Origin: Podarcis tiliguerta
Taxonomy: Eukaryota
Strand: one strand, 5' to 3'
Length of the DNA: 64,000 nt
Assembly: GCA_965153285.1 (NCBI GenBank)
Contig: OZ229126.1
Each line of letters begins with the position of its first letter. The stretch's first letter is position 1. Both the position numbers and the translations under genes were made by a program. Under the pieces are notes generated by a model. It was not told where the DNA came from. It made no database searches and worked only from the letters and a program-made list of their open reading frames with translations. Below are positions 50,921-62,860 of this stretch, one piece after another.

Positions 50921-53159
50921 TAGACCCAAATCCGCCAAATGACAGTCAACTAGGCATGCCCATACTGGACACCAGTGACTCTCATAAATGACTTTACTGA
51001 GCATGCCCAAGAGAACAGATAAGTCTTCACTGCTGACACCCATGGGTGCTATTTGACAAGTTCACCCTGAAGAAAAACAGCAGGGCTCCACTCTGAAACT
51101 TTGTGTAGAATCAGGCTCCCTTTCAAATAAGTTTTATGACTGAATATTTATTTGGGTTTTAATTTTTTTTTTTTATAAAAGCCACAAATGTTTAAGCAAA
51201 TTGTATTAAGCTTGATCTTATTTAAATGTTTGAAATCAACCTATAGACCCCTTTTTACATTAAACCTGATGTTCTGTTTGCCTTGATGGCCTTGATCACT
51301 AGAATAGCAAAGGGCAGTATGATAAAATACTCCTTGTTATGTTCTGTGGGTTTGTGTTTTTTTTAATAACAGCTGCTGCAAAATAAATACAGACCATGAA
51401 CTCCAGTCCTGGCACGTAAACAGCTTTACAATGTGGTTTTTATGAAGGAAGCACACATGGTTGTGGCTTCGCTTGGAGAGGCTTTCAGTGTCTGTGCCCC
51501 AGTAATTCTACCCCACTGTGTTAAGGCTCATCTTTTACACCTTCCCAAAGGAAGCTGGACAGAGGCCTATTAGGTGCATTCCACCATCAAAACAGAAAGA
51601 GGGGCGCATAGCTTAGCTTTGCACTCATGACAGAATGAAAGCTCTGGAGCTTGTGCCAGTCTCCAGCATGGTTTACACAGCTCTGTTGCTGACACCACAC
51701 TTTGTCGGTATCAGTTGCACTTCAATGTGCAGCCCATCTACGTTAAGCCGTCTCTTCCAGGATCACCAGGACTGGAGTTATGCTCTTTCCTCCTAAACCA
51801 CAAGCTGTAGCCAAGATCAAACCTTGGCTACAAATAAGTGTTCAGCATGAGAGAGCTAACCAAGATCTTGGGATCCTTGGCTTGACTGCTGTGCCACACT
51901 GAGGACCGAGAGGAGAAAGTGGCTGCAGTCTCCTTGCTGGAAGCCAGCACATTCATGCTCAGCCTATGCCATGGTTTAGCTTGGAATTATATGCGAATGT
52001 CTGCAAGATCGGCAGCAGGAGGGATATATTGCCTTAATGACTTGTTTGTGGACTTCCAGGCAGCATATGGCTAAGAAAAAAGATTCTAGACAGGATGGCT
52101 CCATGGCAGATCCAAGAGTGCTGTTCTCCTCTTTCTCTGCTGCTATGCAAAGCTGATTCATGCTTTCACTGTTGTTATCTTTGACAGAAATGTTAGGTTG
52201 ATTGAAAATGAAAATGCACAATTAATAGCAATAATTAACCTTCATTGTGGATACAAAAGTTTATATTGATGCAATATTGCACGCAGAGATATATTACATT
52301 TATTAAGGGGACAAATGGGTTTAAATATGAGCTAATAAAAGCTTTGCTGTATTCTGTGAGAGTTCAACACACCTCAACCGGTGATACTCTGCTACCCAAG
52401 TTATGTACATATGCATAAAATTACAGGAACCAAGTAATAGGCATGCTTGCCCAGGTTCCTTACCATATCTCATTGCCCAGCAACACAGTCTACAGCCAAC
52501 TGCTAACCAAGTCAATATGTTTGGTAAGACTCGTAACAGCTGTTCTAACTTGCCTAGATAATTATTCTCCTATAACCCAGCAAATATTCAGTTCACTGTT
52601 GTCAAGCATAATAATCACACCGAAGCCTTGAAGGCTATGGTGTGATTGAACTTTAGCCAGATAAAGTGACCTTTAACCTAATAGCGTGTTATAGGGCTTT
52701 ACAGCATTCAACTATGTGGCTCGCAGTGTAGCTGTTAACAATCCTGTATATATAAGGGCCTAACTACACAAGATGCTAAATGTGTCATTGGCAATCATAC
52801 CTGTGGTTTGTTTATTTAATATAGTGAGGGCAGGAGGGGGATTTTCCAGAGATCACAGTGTGCAGGAAGGGGAAGTTTAAGCCTACCTTCCACAATACAG
52901 GGGAATCACCCCCATACTGCCGTTAGAGAAGGGAGAAAAGGGTTCCGACTGGAGCCAATGGGAAGTTTTCTTCTGTTGCTCATTGAAGCAGAGGGAGGAA
53001 GTCATTTCCCCCAAAATCAAGGCTGGGAAAGGAAGGGTTAAACCTCCCCTCCCTGTGCAATGAGGTCCCTATAGAAAATTGGGTACATATAAACTAAACA
53101 AAAGCCACCAATGCGATTGCTTGGAAACGCATTTAGCATCATCTATAGTTAGGTTGTAA

Positions 53160-53513
53160 GGGATGCGGGTGGCGCTGTGGGTTAAACCACAGAGCCTAGA
53201 CTTGCTGATCAGAAGGTCGGTGGTTCGAATCCCTGCGACGGGGTGAGCTCCCGTTGCTCGGCCCCTGCTCCTGCCAACTTAGCAGTTCGAAAGCACGTCA
53301 AACTGCAAGTAGATAAATAGGTACCACTCTGATGGGAAGGTAAACGGCGTTTCCATGTGCTGCTCTGGTTCACCAGAAGCGGCTTAGTCATGCTGGCCAC
53401 ATGACCTGGAAGCTGTACGCCAGCTCCCTCGGCCAATAAAGTGAGATGAGCGCTGCAACCCCAGAGTCAGCCATGACTGAACCTAATGGTCAGGGGTCCC
53501 TTTACCTTTATCT
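53160..53513 (+). mobile_element. Sauria SINE, full length
   Basis: A and B boxes, cctttaccttt tail, 15-bp TSD tatagttaggttgta at 53144-53158 and 53514-53528. Confidence 0.93.
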
Positions 53514-54241
53514 TATAGTTAGGTTGTAGGTGTTTCGGATTCCACAGTAAAGATGTGAGAGCTGCTTAGATGTGCATCTATCCCACAGTGCAGCTGTAAC
53601 TTTTTAAAACTCCTCGAAACATGGGTAGGGTCCCAGGTTGGTGGTGGAGGACATGCATTGCCTTTACAAGGTCCCAGATTCAAACCCTGGAATTCCTCCA
53701 GGTAGATCTGAGAAAGATTCCCACCTGAAACCCTGGAGAGCCACTGAGGCTCAATGTAAACCATACTGAGCTAGCTATACCAATATAATTCAGCAGAAGA
53801 CAGCTTCCTCAGTGAGGAAGTGCAAAGAGAACGGAAAGTGCCTCACACACCCCACGCTCCATCCAGTCTCAGGGTCCCTTCCAATTCTATGATTCTAAGT
53901 CTAGCTTGAGCAATTAGCCTCTCCCAGGCCATGACTTTAAGAACAGCAGAAGAAGCTGGGAAGGGAGAAGAGGAGTTCAGGGATGTTAAAAAAATAATTT
54001 TATGAGCTATGTGTCTTTGTTTCTCAATTTGATCCTTTTACACGGTTTTTGTAGGTATTATGGTAGTTTATGCATTGTGACCTGCAGTTATTTTTTTAAT
54101 TGATACTAGTTCAATAATTATTTATTGTAATTGTTAAGAGAGAATTTCTGTTTAATTATTATCTGCTGACGTTTTGAGAGTTAATTCTATAGTGCACTAT
54201 TATATTCTAATAGATTGTTGAATATTACTTTATTTGATATA

Positions 54242-55253
54242 CAGCGGACCCTCTGGATACGGATTTAATTCGTTCTTGGGGTTATTGCACACCTTGAAAA
54301 ATCCATAACTAGAGGCGCCACTTCTGCACATGCCACAGCGCGATAGAGCACTTCTGCACATGTGTGCAATGTGCAGAGCACTTCTGCGCATGCGCAAGCG
54401 GCAAAACCTGGAAAAATACTTCCAGGTTTGCCACTTTCGCAACCCGAAGATTACGTATCCAGAGAGGTACTGTCAGGGGTTCAGGAGCAGAGGCACAGGA
54501 TAGGGAGGAAATGGAGAGCGAAGGGGAGGAGTCCGAAGGAAATGTCAGCGATGACAGCAATCCGAGGTCTCTGAGTCTTTCCAGTGAATCGGAGGATTCA
54601 CAGAAAGGGGCTCCCATGGTCAGGGCAAGGGGAGTGCCCAGGGGGACACCTCGGGAAGAAGGGGCCAGAGGGGACTCAGAGAGCAGCAGTTGGAAATCCG
54701 GGCCCACGTCCCCCCCAGAGTGCAGTAGGGGGGAGGAGTCCCAGGCATCGGGATCAGGTGGCGCGCTGCCAGCGGGAGAACATGAGGCAGGATTGACCAC
54801 ACCTCCGTCGGGGAGTGAGGAAACGGTCATCAGGAAAGTTAAACGCGCGCGCGCGCCAAGTTCAAATGTACAGGAGGGCGGCAGAGTGGGCAGCCCGGGT
54901 AGGGAGCCAAGTCCTAAAGCCCGCCGAAGAGAGTGGGAGGAGTCAGGGGGGTCAACGTCTGCGTCGGAAGAGTCCAGGAAGGAGGAGACCCCGGGGGGTA
55001 GCAGGACCCAGAGGAGAAGGGAAAGAAGGAAGAGGTGGAGTAAGATTAGAGTCTTAAACTGGTGTACAGGGGGCGGAGACTCAGATGGAGCTTCGCCGGT
55101 CTAAAGCCTAGACGTAGAGCTGGGGCGCTGTGACTTGGGAATGGAAACTGTATTTCAATAAAGACTTTGTACACTAATACCAGCCAGCGTTGATCCTCTG
55201 TGAGCTGGGACCAGGAACCAGCTCTGACAGGTACGTAACCTGAGGGTCCACTG
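54242..55253. mobile_element. Tc1/mariner MITE family D interrupted by the solo LTR
   Basis: TA|cagcggaccctc...gagggtccactg|TA; uninterrupted relative at 60017-60227. Confidence 0.88.
54471..55229 (+). mobile_element. Solo LTR (759 bp) of the same Gypsy family as 1561-2308
   Basis: TGTCAG...CTGACA; perfect 5-bp TSD GGTAC at 54466-54470 and 55230-55234; AATAAA 55157-55162; about 88-90% identical to the 3' LTR by eye. Confidence 0.96.
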
Positions 55254-55415
55254 TAGGTCATTCCATTTTAACGTTATATCTTCTAATGGCTTTCTGCATT
55301 GGATCGGATTATTATAAGGTGTGTGTTCTTTGTTGTCTATTTTGTTGCTGCAAACTGGCTTGTGTATAGTAATACAGAAAGGCGGGATACACATTAACAG
55401 TGAAATGAAAAAGAA

Positions 55416-55482
55416 AGGAAAGGAAAGGAAAGGAAAGGAAAGGAAAGGAAAGGAAAGGAAAGGAAAGGAAAGGAAAGGAAAG
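55416..55482. repeat. (GGAAA)n microsatellite
   Basis: Read directly. Confidence 0.95.
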
Positions 55483-55618
55483 GCCTAACTTGCTTTAAGC
55501 AAGCTTCCTATGTTCCTAAAGTAAATTGTCAGGGTTCTGACCACCTGATTGTCAATCCTGATCATAGTTAGTTATCAAAGACCTATAGGTGACAACCATA
55601 TCCATATGTCATGTTATA

Positions 55619-55834
55619 CAGTGGTGCCTCAGGTTACATACGCTTCAGGTTACAGACTAACCCAGAAATAGTGCTTCAGGTTAAGAACTTTGCTTCAGGA
55701 TGAGAACAGAAATCGGGCTCCGGCGGCAGCAGCAGGAGGCCCCATTAGCTAAAGTGGTGCTTCAGGTTAAGAACAGTTTCAGGTTAAGTACAGACCTCCG
55801 GAACAAATTAAGTACTTAACCTGAGGTACCACTG
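55619..55834. mobile_element. Tc1/mariner MITE family A, copy 4
   Basis: TA-flanked TIRs and homology to the other copies. Confidence 0.9.
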
Positions 55835-57190
55835 TATTATAGTTTGTTTCTGTGCCAACTTTTGGCCACAACTTAAACAATATAGTGCAATTTAATACAG
55901 AAATATCTCAAAAACCAAATACTTCCATCCCCTTGCTGGAGGGCAGGGGAAGAAGGATCCCAAACATGGGAGAAAGAGCAGTAGCAAGGATCCTGGGTGG
56001 TGCTGGTGAGAAAGCATGGAACCCGTTCTTAAAAAGTTTTAGTGCTGGAGAAGTGTCTTTGCTGTTTATGATGCAACAGAACTAACAGTCTGCAACATGT
56101 TATGCTGCAGATCAGTCCTGCAGATATACAGTCATTCCAACAGGTAATTAAAAAGCAGGCATTGGCCTCCTTCTGCAACACCTACTCACTACAATGTGAC
56201 GACCCCCCCCTCCCATTTATCATGAAGAAGTTACAGAATCTAGTCTTTGAAAATTGTGGTTTTTTTAAAGTGATTTTCGCTCTTGAAAATAAATGCATTT
56301 TAAGCTCCACATAGAAAACTAGTCCGCTTAGGATACTAGCCTTTTTACTCACCTTTTATTATTCAGACCCCAGGAATTTACACTTAAGTGCATAAGCACA
56401 CATGGCATCGTTTAAGTGAGAAATGTACATCTGTGTTCACAAGGCATAGGCCTCAATCTAAAGCATATGTACGTGAAGGCACATATCCACATTTTCAGAG
56501 AAGAGGGAAAAATCAGTGATAATCTTTACATAGGATTTTTAAAAATTACATTTTAAAGCACCCGTAATCATTTAACCCTTAAAAGCAAGTTTATAACATT
56601 TTAACAACTTATCCTATTCTAATATATTTGCGATGCTTTATATGGTAGTCTCAGTTCGTCCAAAGCTCTTGAAGATAGAGTGAAAACAGGAAAGGAAAAG
56701 ATTATTAGAATCTATCTAACATTTAGTCTTCACTATTGTTGGCATCCACATAAATTTCTTCCAGAATAGGTAGGCAAAACAAAACACTGAAATAGGGAAC
56801 AGTCTCGTTTGTCAGTACCTGTATATTGTGCCTCATATTTCAGGTTCTCGAAATTATAGAAACCTACCCTTTCTTTAAAAAAAAAAAACCACGAATGAAA
56901 TCTGGGGATTTGGGGTTTGTGGTTCATAGGGGAGTCGGACTGCCCTTCATTCCCCAATCGAAGCTGGCACCGTGATGCATAAGATTATATTCTACTGATT
57001 TCAATGGAAATGATAACTTATGCTGCCTTGGAGTGTGAAAGATGGAACTGAGTTCAAAACAAGTCAAAACTACTATGGTATAAATCCAACATGAAATATT
57101 GAAGATTGTTTGTACACAACAAATGAATGTGCTGCTTCCACTGATCAAAAGGATGTAGTATGGGGTAGGAAGTCCCTTTTCACCTGTTCC

Positions 57191-57379
57191 CATAGGAGCC
57201 AACTCCTAGGGGCCATGGGGGCTTTGGCCCCCACAATAAAATATTTGAGGGGGCCGTGCGCCCCAAAGTTGATGGGCATTCCCATTCAAATGGTGTGTGC
57301 ACACTGTGTCATGAGATCAATTGTGCGGGCTGGGGCTTACCTGCGCCCCCACAATGTTTTATTCAAGTTGGCACTCCTG
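57191..57379. mobile_element. hAT non-autonomous element
   Basis: Perfect 8-bp TSD cctgttcc at 57183-57190 and 57380-57387; imperfect TIRs cataggagccaact / agttggcactcctg. Confidence 0.8.
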
Positions 57380-58363
57380 CCTGTTCCAAAGGGGAAAATG
57401 TCCTTATTTTGCCTTTTGGAAAAATGCATTTCAAGCATGTTACTATGTACATGCACTGGAGTTGTGGGTCTTCCTCTGGGTCTCCGGGGAGCCGGTGCAT
57501 CTTGACTCTAGCATACAAGCATATAAATGCCAACATATGGACACAAAATGCCAGCTGGTCTCTGTTTTCCATCCACCCTGAGTGGTCTAGCTGAATACAA
57601 ACTTGATCGCGGCTGCTTTCTTTTTACAAAACTTCCTAATGCTTAGCAGCATGTTCAATCTCACAACCGATCTGGTTGCAACTCAAACACACCCTGCAAC
57701 ATTTACCAGAGAGTAGAAGTTGGCACACAGCAAGGAGAAGAGACTTTGTCGATGTATAATGTGGAGACAGGTATGCTTCAGGTAGCAATGGAGGGCAGAA
57801 CATGGGTATTACAAATACCCAAGAGTCTGTGTAATGTGAAATGCGTTCAGATCAGAAACCTCCACCAACCCCGGTCATAATGAAGTTTGCATTAAGGTAT
57901 TCAAGGCTGCAGCACTAAGCATTTTTACCAGTGAGTAAACCACACTATGTGGACTTACCTCTGAGTAAAAAGGCACTGGATGGCATTGCAAGAGTGACTG
58001 AAGGTGCACACTGCCAGCTGAATGCTGTCGCTTCTGTGTTCAGCTGGCAGCAGTCCTTGCAACATTTGGAGTTGTCACCCCCCCCCCCACCTGCCTTTAA
58101 AAGAACAATCAGCAGCTGAATGCATCTGAGACAGCTCCACATGATTGTTTAAACACAGGAGGCTTTCTTTCTTTCCTTTTTTCAATCACAGAAGGCTTGC
58201 TGGAGATTATTCTCTCTTCACTACTTGCTTTAGGCTGCTATCAAATACACACTTACCTGGAAGTAAGCCCCACTGAACTCAATGGGCTTATTTCTGTACA
58301 GACATTTAAAGGAATCCACGGCATAATGATACTGATATGTGTTAATTGTAAAGAAGGTTAACA

Positions 58364-58546
58364 CAGGGTTGCCATATTTCAAAAAGTAAAAACCAGGACA
58401 CCCTGAAAGTTGTTGAGCAATTTTTCGATTGACTCATCTAAGATCCAGGACAAAGCGCCATCTTTCAGAAATTTCCCCTGGACGTCAATTCCACCTTTGA
58501 AATCCCTGTGAAAATCCCAGGAAAATCTGGATGTATGGCAGCCCTA
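58364..58546. mobile_element. hAT-like MITE
   Basis: TIRs cagggttgccata / tatggcagcccta; flanking direct repeat gttaaca. Confidence 0.75.
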
Positions 58547-59564
58547 GTTAACAACTTAGGGGGTGGAAATCTGGTGGTTTTCAATTTAGGCCGTAGAGAA
58601 CAATGGTGGGACTTTAAACCTTGGCTGGGTTCCTGTATAAGGGCCTTCCATACCATCATATGAACAAATACTACTAGGAACAAACTACTAGGAATACCTT
58701 TCCAGCACCACTGATCCCACTGAAATTTTATAATGAGTCAGGGTGGTGTAAGAAACCTACATATTCTAATGGAATGCAATTAATACAATTTGGGCATTCA
58801 TTTGTATTAATCTTGGAGATGCTAAATCATAGCTAATGAACATGGTATGTGTGTATAGTCAATAGGGCTAATTCATGTGAGCTAAAGATAATTTAATTTG
58901 AACTCTCATTTTTCTCATTCTTTAATAATGTTTATTTCAAGCTCAGTCTATGAGAGCTACATGTCTTCCTTGATTATTATAGGAATATGGAGATCCTTGA
59001 GGGTCTAGAAAACATTTGCGAGTCATCGGCTGCTTCAGGACCATTGCTGTTTTACAGGTGGGATTCAGTCACACATCAACAAACTCAGGTTGCACAATTA
59101 AAGTGGATTTGGCACACTTGTACAACAAGTCTGTGAGTAAGGAAAGAGAATTTCTGTACTAAGGAAAGTGGTGAGAAAATGCACTGAAAAAGAGTGGGGT
59201 GGCATCTGTTTGTCTCGACATTGCATAACCTCACCAAAAACCAAATCAGAATCAATGCTCAATACGCTGTGGATATTGTATAAACTTTGTACAAACAAAC
59301 AGGGATGGATAAACAGGTAATCTGCTCTTTCCCACCCCAGCATTCCTGCTATGCTGTAAAGATATACAATATGAATGTTATTGTGTACTCCTCCATAGCA
59401 GTAAGATTGGTCAAAACTTTCATTAGCAACTTCCCCTTCCCTCCCATCTCTGCTGCACATGGCATAATGAATTAATCCTACACTGCAAATAAGTGGCAAT
59501 GCTAAGAGGTTGCGATTTTTAGTTCAGGAGTCATCATTCGCCCATGCACTAGGTTGGTTCCTAC

Positions 59565-59800
59565 CTGAAGGATGTAACCTCGAACGTAGTCCCGAAGTGT
59601 CCAGCCCAAACCATGCAGGATGTGCAACACTTCTTCCTGTTTCAAGACGCTGAAGAGTCGGTCCAGCAATATCTTCAGTCTCACCGGAACGGCCTGAGTC
59701 CCGTAGAGCATTAGGCTGCTGATGTCAAACACTACATTGGATTGTACAATCTCCACTTGAGTTGGGTGGTACAGATGCTGCGTGCTAAGCTTGTCCAAAG
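59565..59800 (-). CDS. BNC2: Basonuclin-2 internal coding exon (236 bp; starts phase 1, ends phase 0; matches the mammalian exon before the large zinc-finger exon)
   Basis: Encodes (A)[78 protein letters not shown], recognised as BNC2 rather than BNC1. Acceptor tctgtcttcttccctcctAG; donor CAG|GTagg. Confidence 0.96.
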
Positions 59801-60016
59801 CTAGGAGGGAAGAAGACAGAGAGTTGAGGAGAATCTAGCACATAAGCACAGTGTGAATTTCTACGCAGAGGCCTCAGTGGGAGGTATTGCTAAACAAAAA
59901 AAGGAGTGGGGAGAGAACCTGAAGGCAAGGTGGACAAACACATATTATTTGGATGTGGTAGCTTCATGGATTTCAAATCCCTCCTAGACACTGGTATGCA
60001 ACATATACAACATATA

Positions 60017-60227
60017 CAGTGGACCCTCCGGATATGAACTTAATTTGTTCAGGGGTCCTTATGTACCCCAAAAAGTCCGCAACATGAGGTGCTGCTTCTG
60101 TGCATGCATATGGCATGATAGAGCACTTCTGCGAATGTGTGCGCAGCGACCTGGAAGTATACACTTCTGGGTTTGCTGTGTTTGCAACGCAAAAGTTACG
60201 TTACCCAAAGGTAACATAACTCCACTG
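60017..60227. mobile_element. Tc1/mariner MITE family D, uninterrupted copy
   Basis: TA|cagtggaccctc...tccactg|TA; homologous to the flanks of the solo LTR. Confidence 0.8.
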
Positions 60228-62724
60228 TATATTTTAAACTGAATTTCTTGCGACCTCCTTTGAAAACACTTTTATGGCTCAATACCTCAATTATTAAAAG
60301 AGGAAGAACAGATGAAACATACTTCAACAACAGTGGCAATCACTAAGAAACTGTCACGAGTAATAGAATTTAATACTATGGATGAACTTTTAATCGCTTA
60401 AAAAAAATTAGCTTACCATGTTGCCTGGAAGACAATTTTGTCATGCATAGGTGCAAATTCAATTGCACACCTATGCAACAACACTTTCCTAAAATCATGC
60501 CCTCTTGCTTCCTTCCCCCCCTTTTCTCCATAAACTCCAAAAGCAGCCTAACCTTCTGACAGACCCACTTTTTGTCATGTGAGCATAAGGACTAAATAAC
60601 CAGACTTAACACAATTTCCTATATGCAGTCCATGAAGGAACCTATGTAACCCATGGGTTAGAAAAATGCCCAGAAGTTCTAGTTTTGAACTGTTCAGTTT
60701 ACTTCTAGAAGACAGAAAACCAGAGATTACAGCATTAGTCGCAAAAGTTTGCACAACAGCCTAGAAAATACGTCAGTTGTTCTTACCTCCTGGGTGAGCG
60801 TAGACCATTTATCTCACTTTTAAATTACTAAGTCTTCAATTTTTGTTTTTCCTTTTCCTTAATTTTATTTTACTTTATTTTATCATTACTAGTATTTGTT
60901 GTATTAAACAGAGTACAGTGGATTTTAATATATATCAACATCTCTATACTAAAAATGGAGGGGATCAACCCATTCCCGGTCTGTATTGATTTTTCAATGT
61001 GCTAATTCGTTATTTACTTATTAGTTAAATTTACGTCTTGCCCTTCCTGCAAAAGGATCCCAGGGTGGCAGGTCCATTCTGTACTGTTTCTGCATTAATC
61101 TGATATATTGGTACAAAGTTTTGATGCATGCAATTGGACAATGTTTTGTTAGAAAGCATATACCTCTTTTGGAAGCAAAATCTGAAGGATAGTACTGCGA
61201 ACTGGATCACTTGGCTATAAATACTGTAAAGGTGCAATTCTCCTCCATCCCTTCTTCTTTACCTAGAGCAGGAATCCACCAGCACTCAAGGCATTTTACC
61301 ATGCAGTTAACGCAGCAAAATCGATAGGGCTGAACTCTTCACACAAACGAAATACTTGTGGCACCCTTGCTCTTTGCTATACTGAATGACTACCATGTAT
61401 AAACTTTGATATCCTGCTTCATGACCACCTGCCACAATCTAGCTCTACAGGAAATATTGCTGGAGTAGACAGGGGAGGGAACCATGACAAATGCCATTTC
61501 AGAGCACATATGGCCCCCATTACAACTAGTGTTCCATCACAACTTTGAAGTTCGTTTAATAAGAAAGAGGACTCATTAATGCTTCATTATGTAAAATGCA
61601 GTGAACTTGCTCTATGGTACTACACACACACACACACACAGAATTGAATTTTGTCAGCCTTTAAAATAATGTTGTAGGGGGTCCTCTACCTCCTCCTGCA
61701 GTTTGGTATCTTCTTTGCTTGTGGTCACTGGAGAGTTCATGTACTCTTGATAAATTGCTTTCTTCCATCCACAGCGTAAATGCCCTTATCATTTCCCTGC
61801 TGGCTTCATTCAGCACATCTGCCCTGAGGGACACTTTGTCAAAGAGTTCTGGTTTCCTCGTACTTCATTTCTTGCTGCTGATTTGTCTGATCTTTCCTAT
61901 TCTAGCAGTTTAGTCAACCTTGAATAAATAGGTTTTTAAAAATTAATTTAAAGTTCGCAAAAGATAAGGGATTGTTAAGCTCGGGGATTGAAGTCCTCTG
62001 TCTCTCCGCAAAGCATTTGCACTGCAGAAGTATGAAGGGCGGCATTCTGCCAAATACACTCGAAAATATTATTTTTTTAATTCAAATTTACAAGCCAGCC
62101 AGAGAGAGCGACGTATTTTCTATATAATCACTAATGGTGGCATTGCTGCAATATATAGATGTATTTCAATGCAAGAACGGCACACATTTGTAAACTTGAC
62201 TACTGGTTGGAAAAAAGCCTTTCAGATATAACATTCCCAGCCTTCCAAGTATGGTGAGGTGTGTGTGTGTTTGCTGTGGGTTCTTGCACTCCCACCCCAG
62301 CCAAATTTCCATTCTCTTTCATCACAATTTGCTAGCTAATGCTGTGCCTTCCAGATACTACAGACTACAATTTTCTATCAGTCCCAGGGCCAGCCTGCCT
62401 AATTGTCAAGGATGATGGGAGATGTAATCTGGTACATCTGGTACATGCTGGCCACTCCTGGAATAGCATTATACCTGCACTAGTGACAATTAACGCTTAT
62501 CAGATTAGGGTTTGAAAATCCACTTCCAATAGTAGTTTCAAACACAGTTTACATAAGCAATCCCACTTAGAATTAACCACAGTTGGCACTGACGAAGACA
62601 GAGAGATTAGGGCACTCCACAGAAGGGAGAATAGATTCATGTAGGAGGGCGGAGATAGACTGAGCTGTCTACCATGTGCCCAATTGCTTGTCCAAAAGCA
62701 TTACATATGCACCAGGCCTTAATC

Positions 62725-62860
62725 CAGGCTTCCTCAAACTCGACCCTCCAGATGTTTTGAGACTACAATTCCCATCATCCCTGACCACTGGTCCTGCTTG
62801 CAAGGGATCATGGGAGTTGTAGGCCAAAAACATCTTGAGGGCTGAAGTTGAGGAAGCCTG
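62725..62860. mobile_element. 136-bp palindromic hAT MITE
   Basis: TIR caggcttcctcaa / ttgaggaagcctg; perfect 8-bp TSD ccttaatc at 62717-62724 and 62861-62868. Confidence 0.92.

Noticed and set aside
54364-54470. N-terminal part of the 246-aa ORF as real protein
   Set aside because: It is read from MITE sequence upstream of the LTR boundary and starts at a GTG; a chance chimera.
1561-55229. The two LTRs as the ends of one ~54-kb element
   Set aside because: The right LTR has its own GGTAC TSD on both sides, the left one follows integrase and a PPT (so it is a 3' LTR), and they differ by about 10%.
59502-59564. C-terminal VGTNLVHG... of the 98-aa BNC2 ORF and its apparent start Met
   Set aside because: Read-through past the CAG|GT donor; the apparent start is a TTG inside an internal exon.
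61660-61870. Minus-strand open stretch (STRKPELFDKV...) as an extra BNC2 exon
   Set aside because: Preceded by an in-frame stop, no convincing adjacent acceptor or donor, and no recognisable homology.
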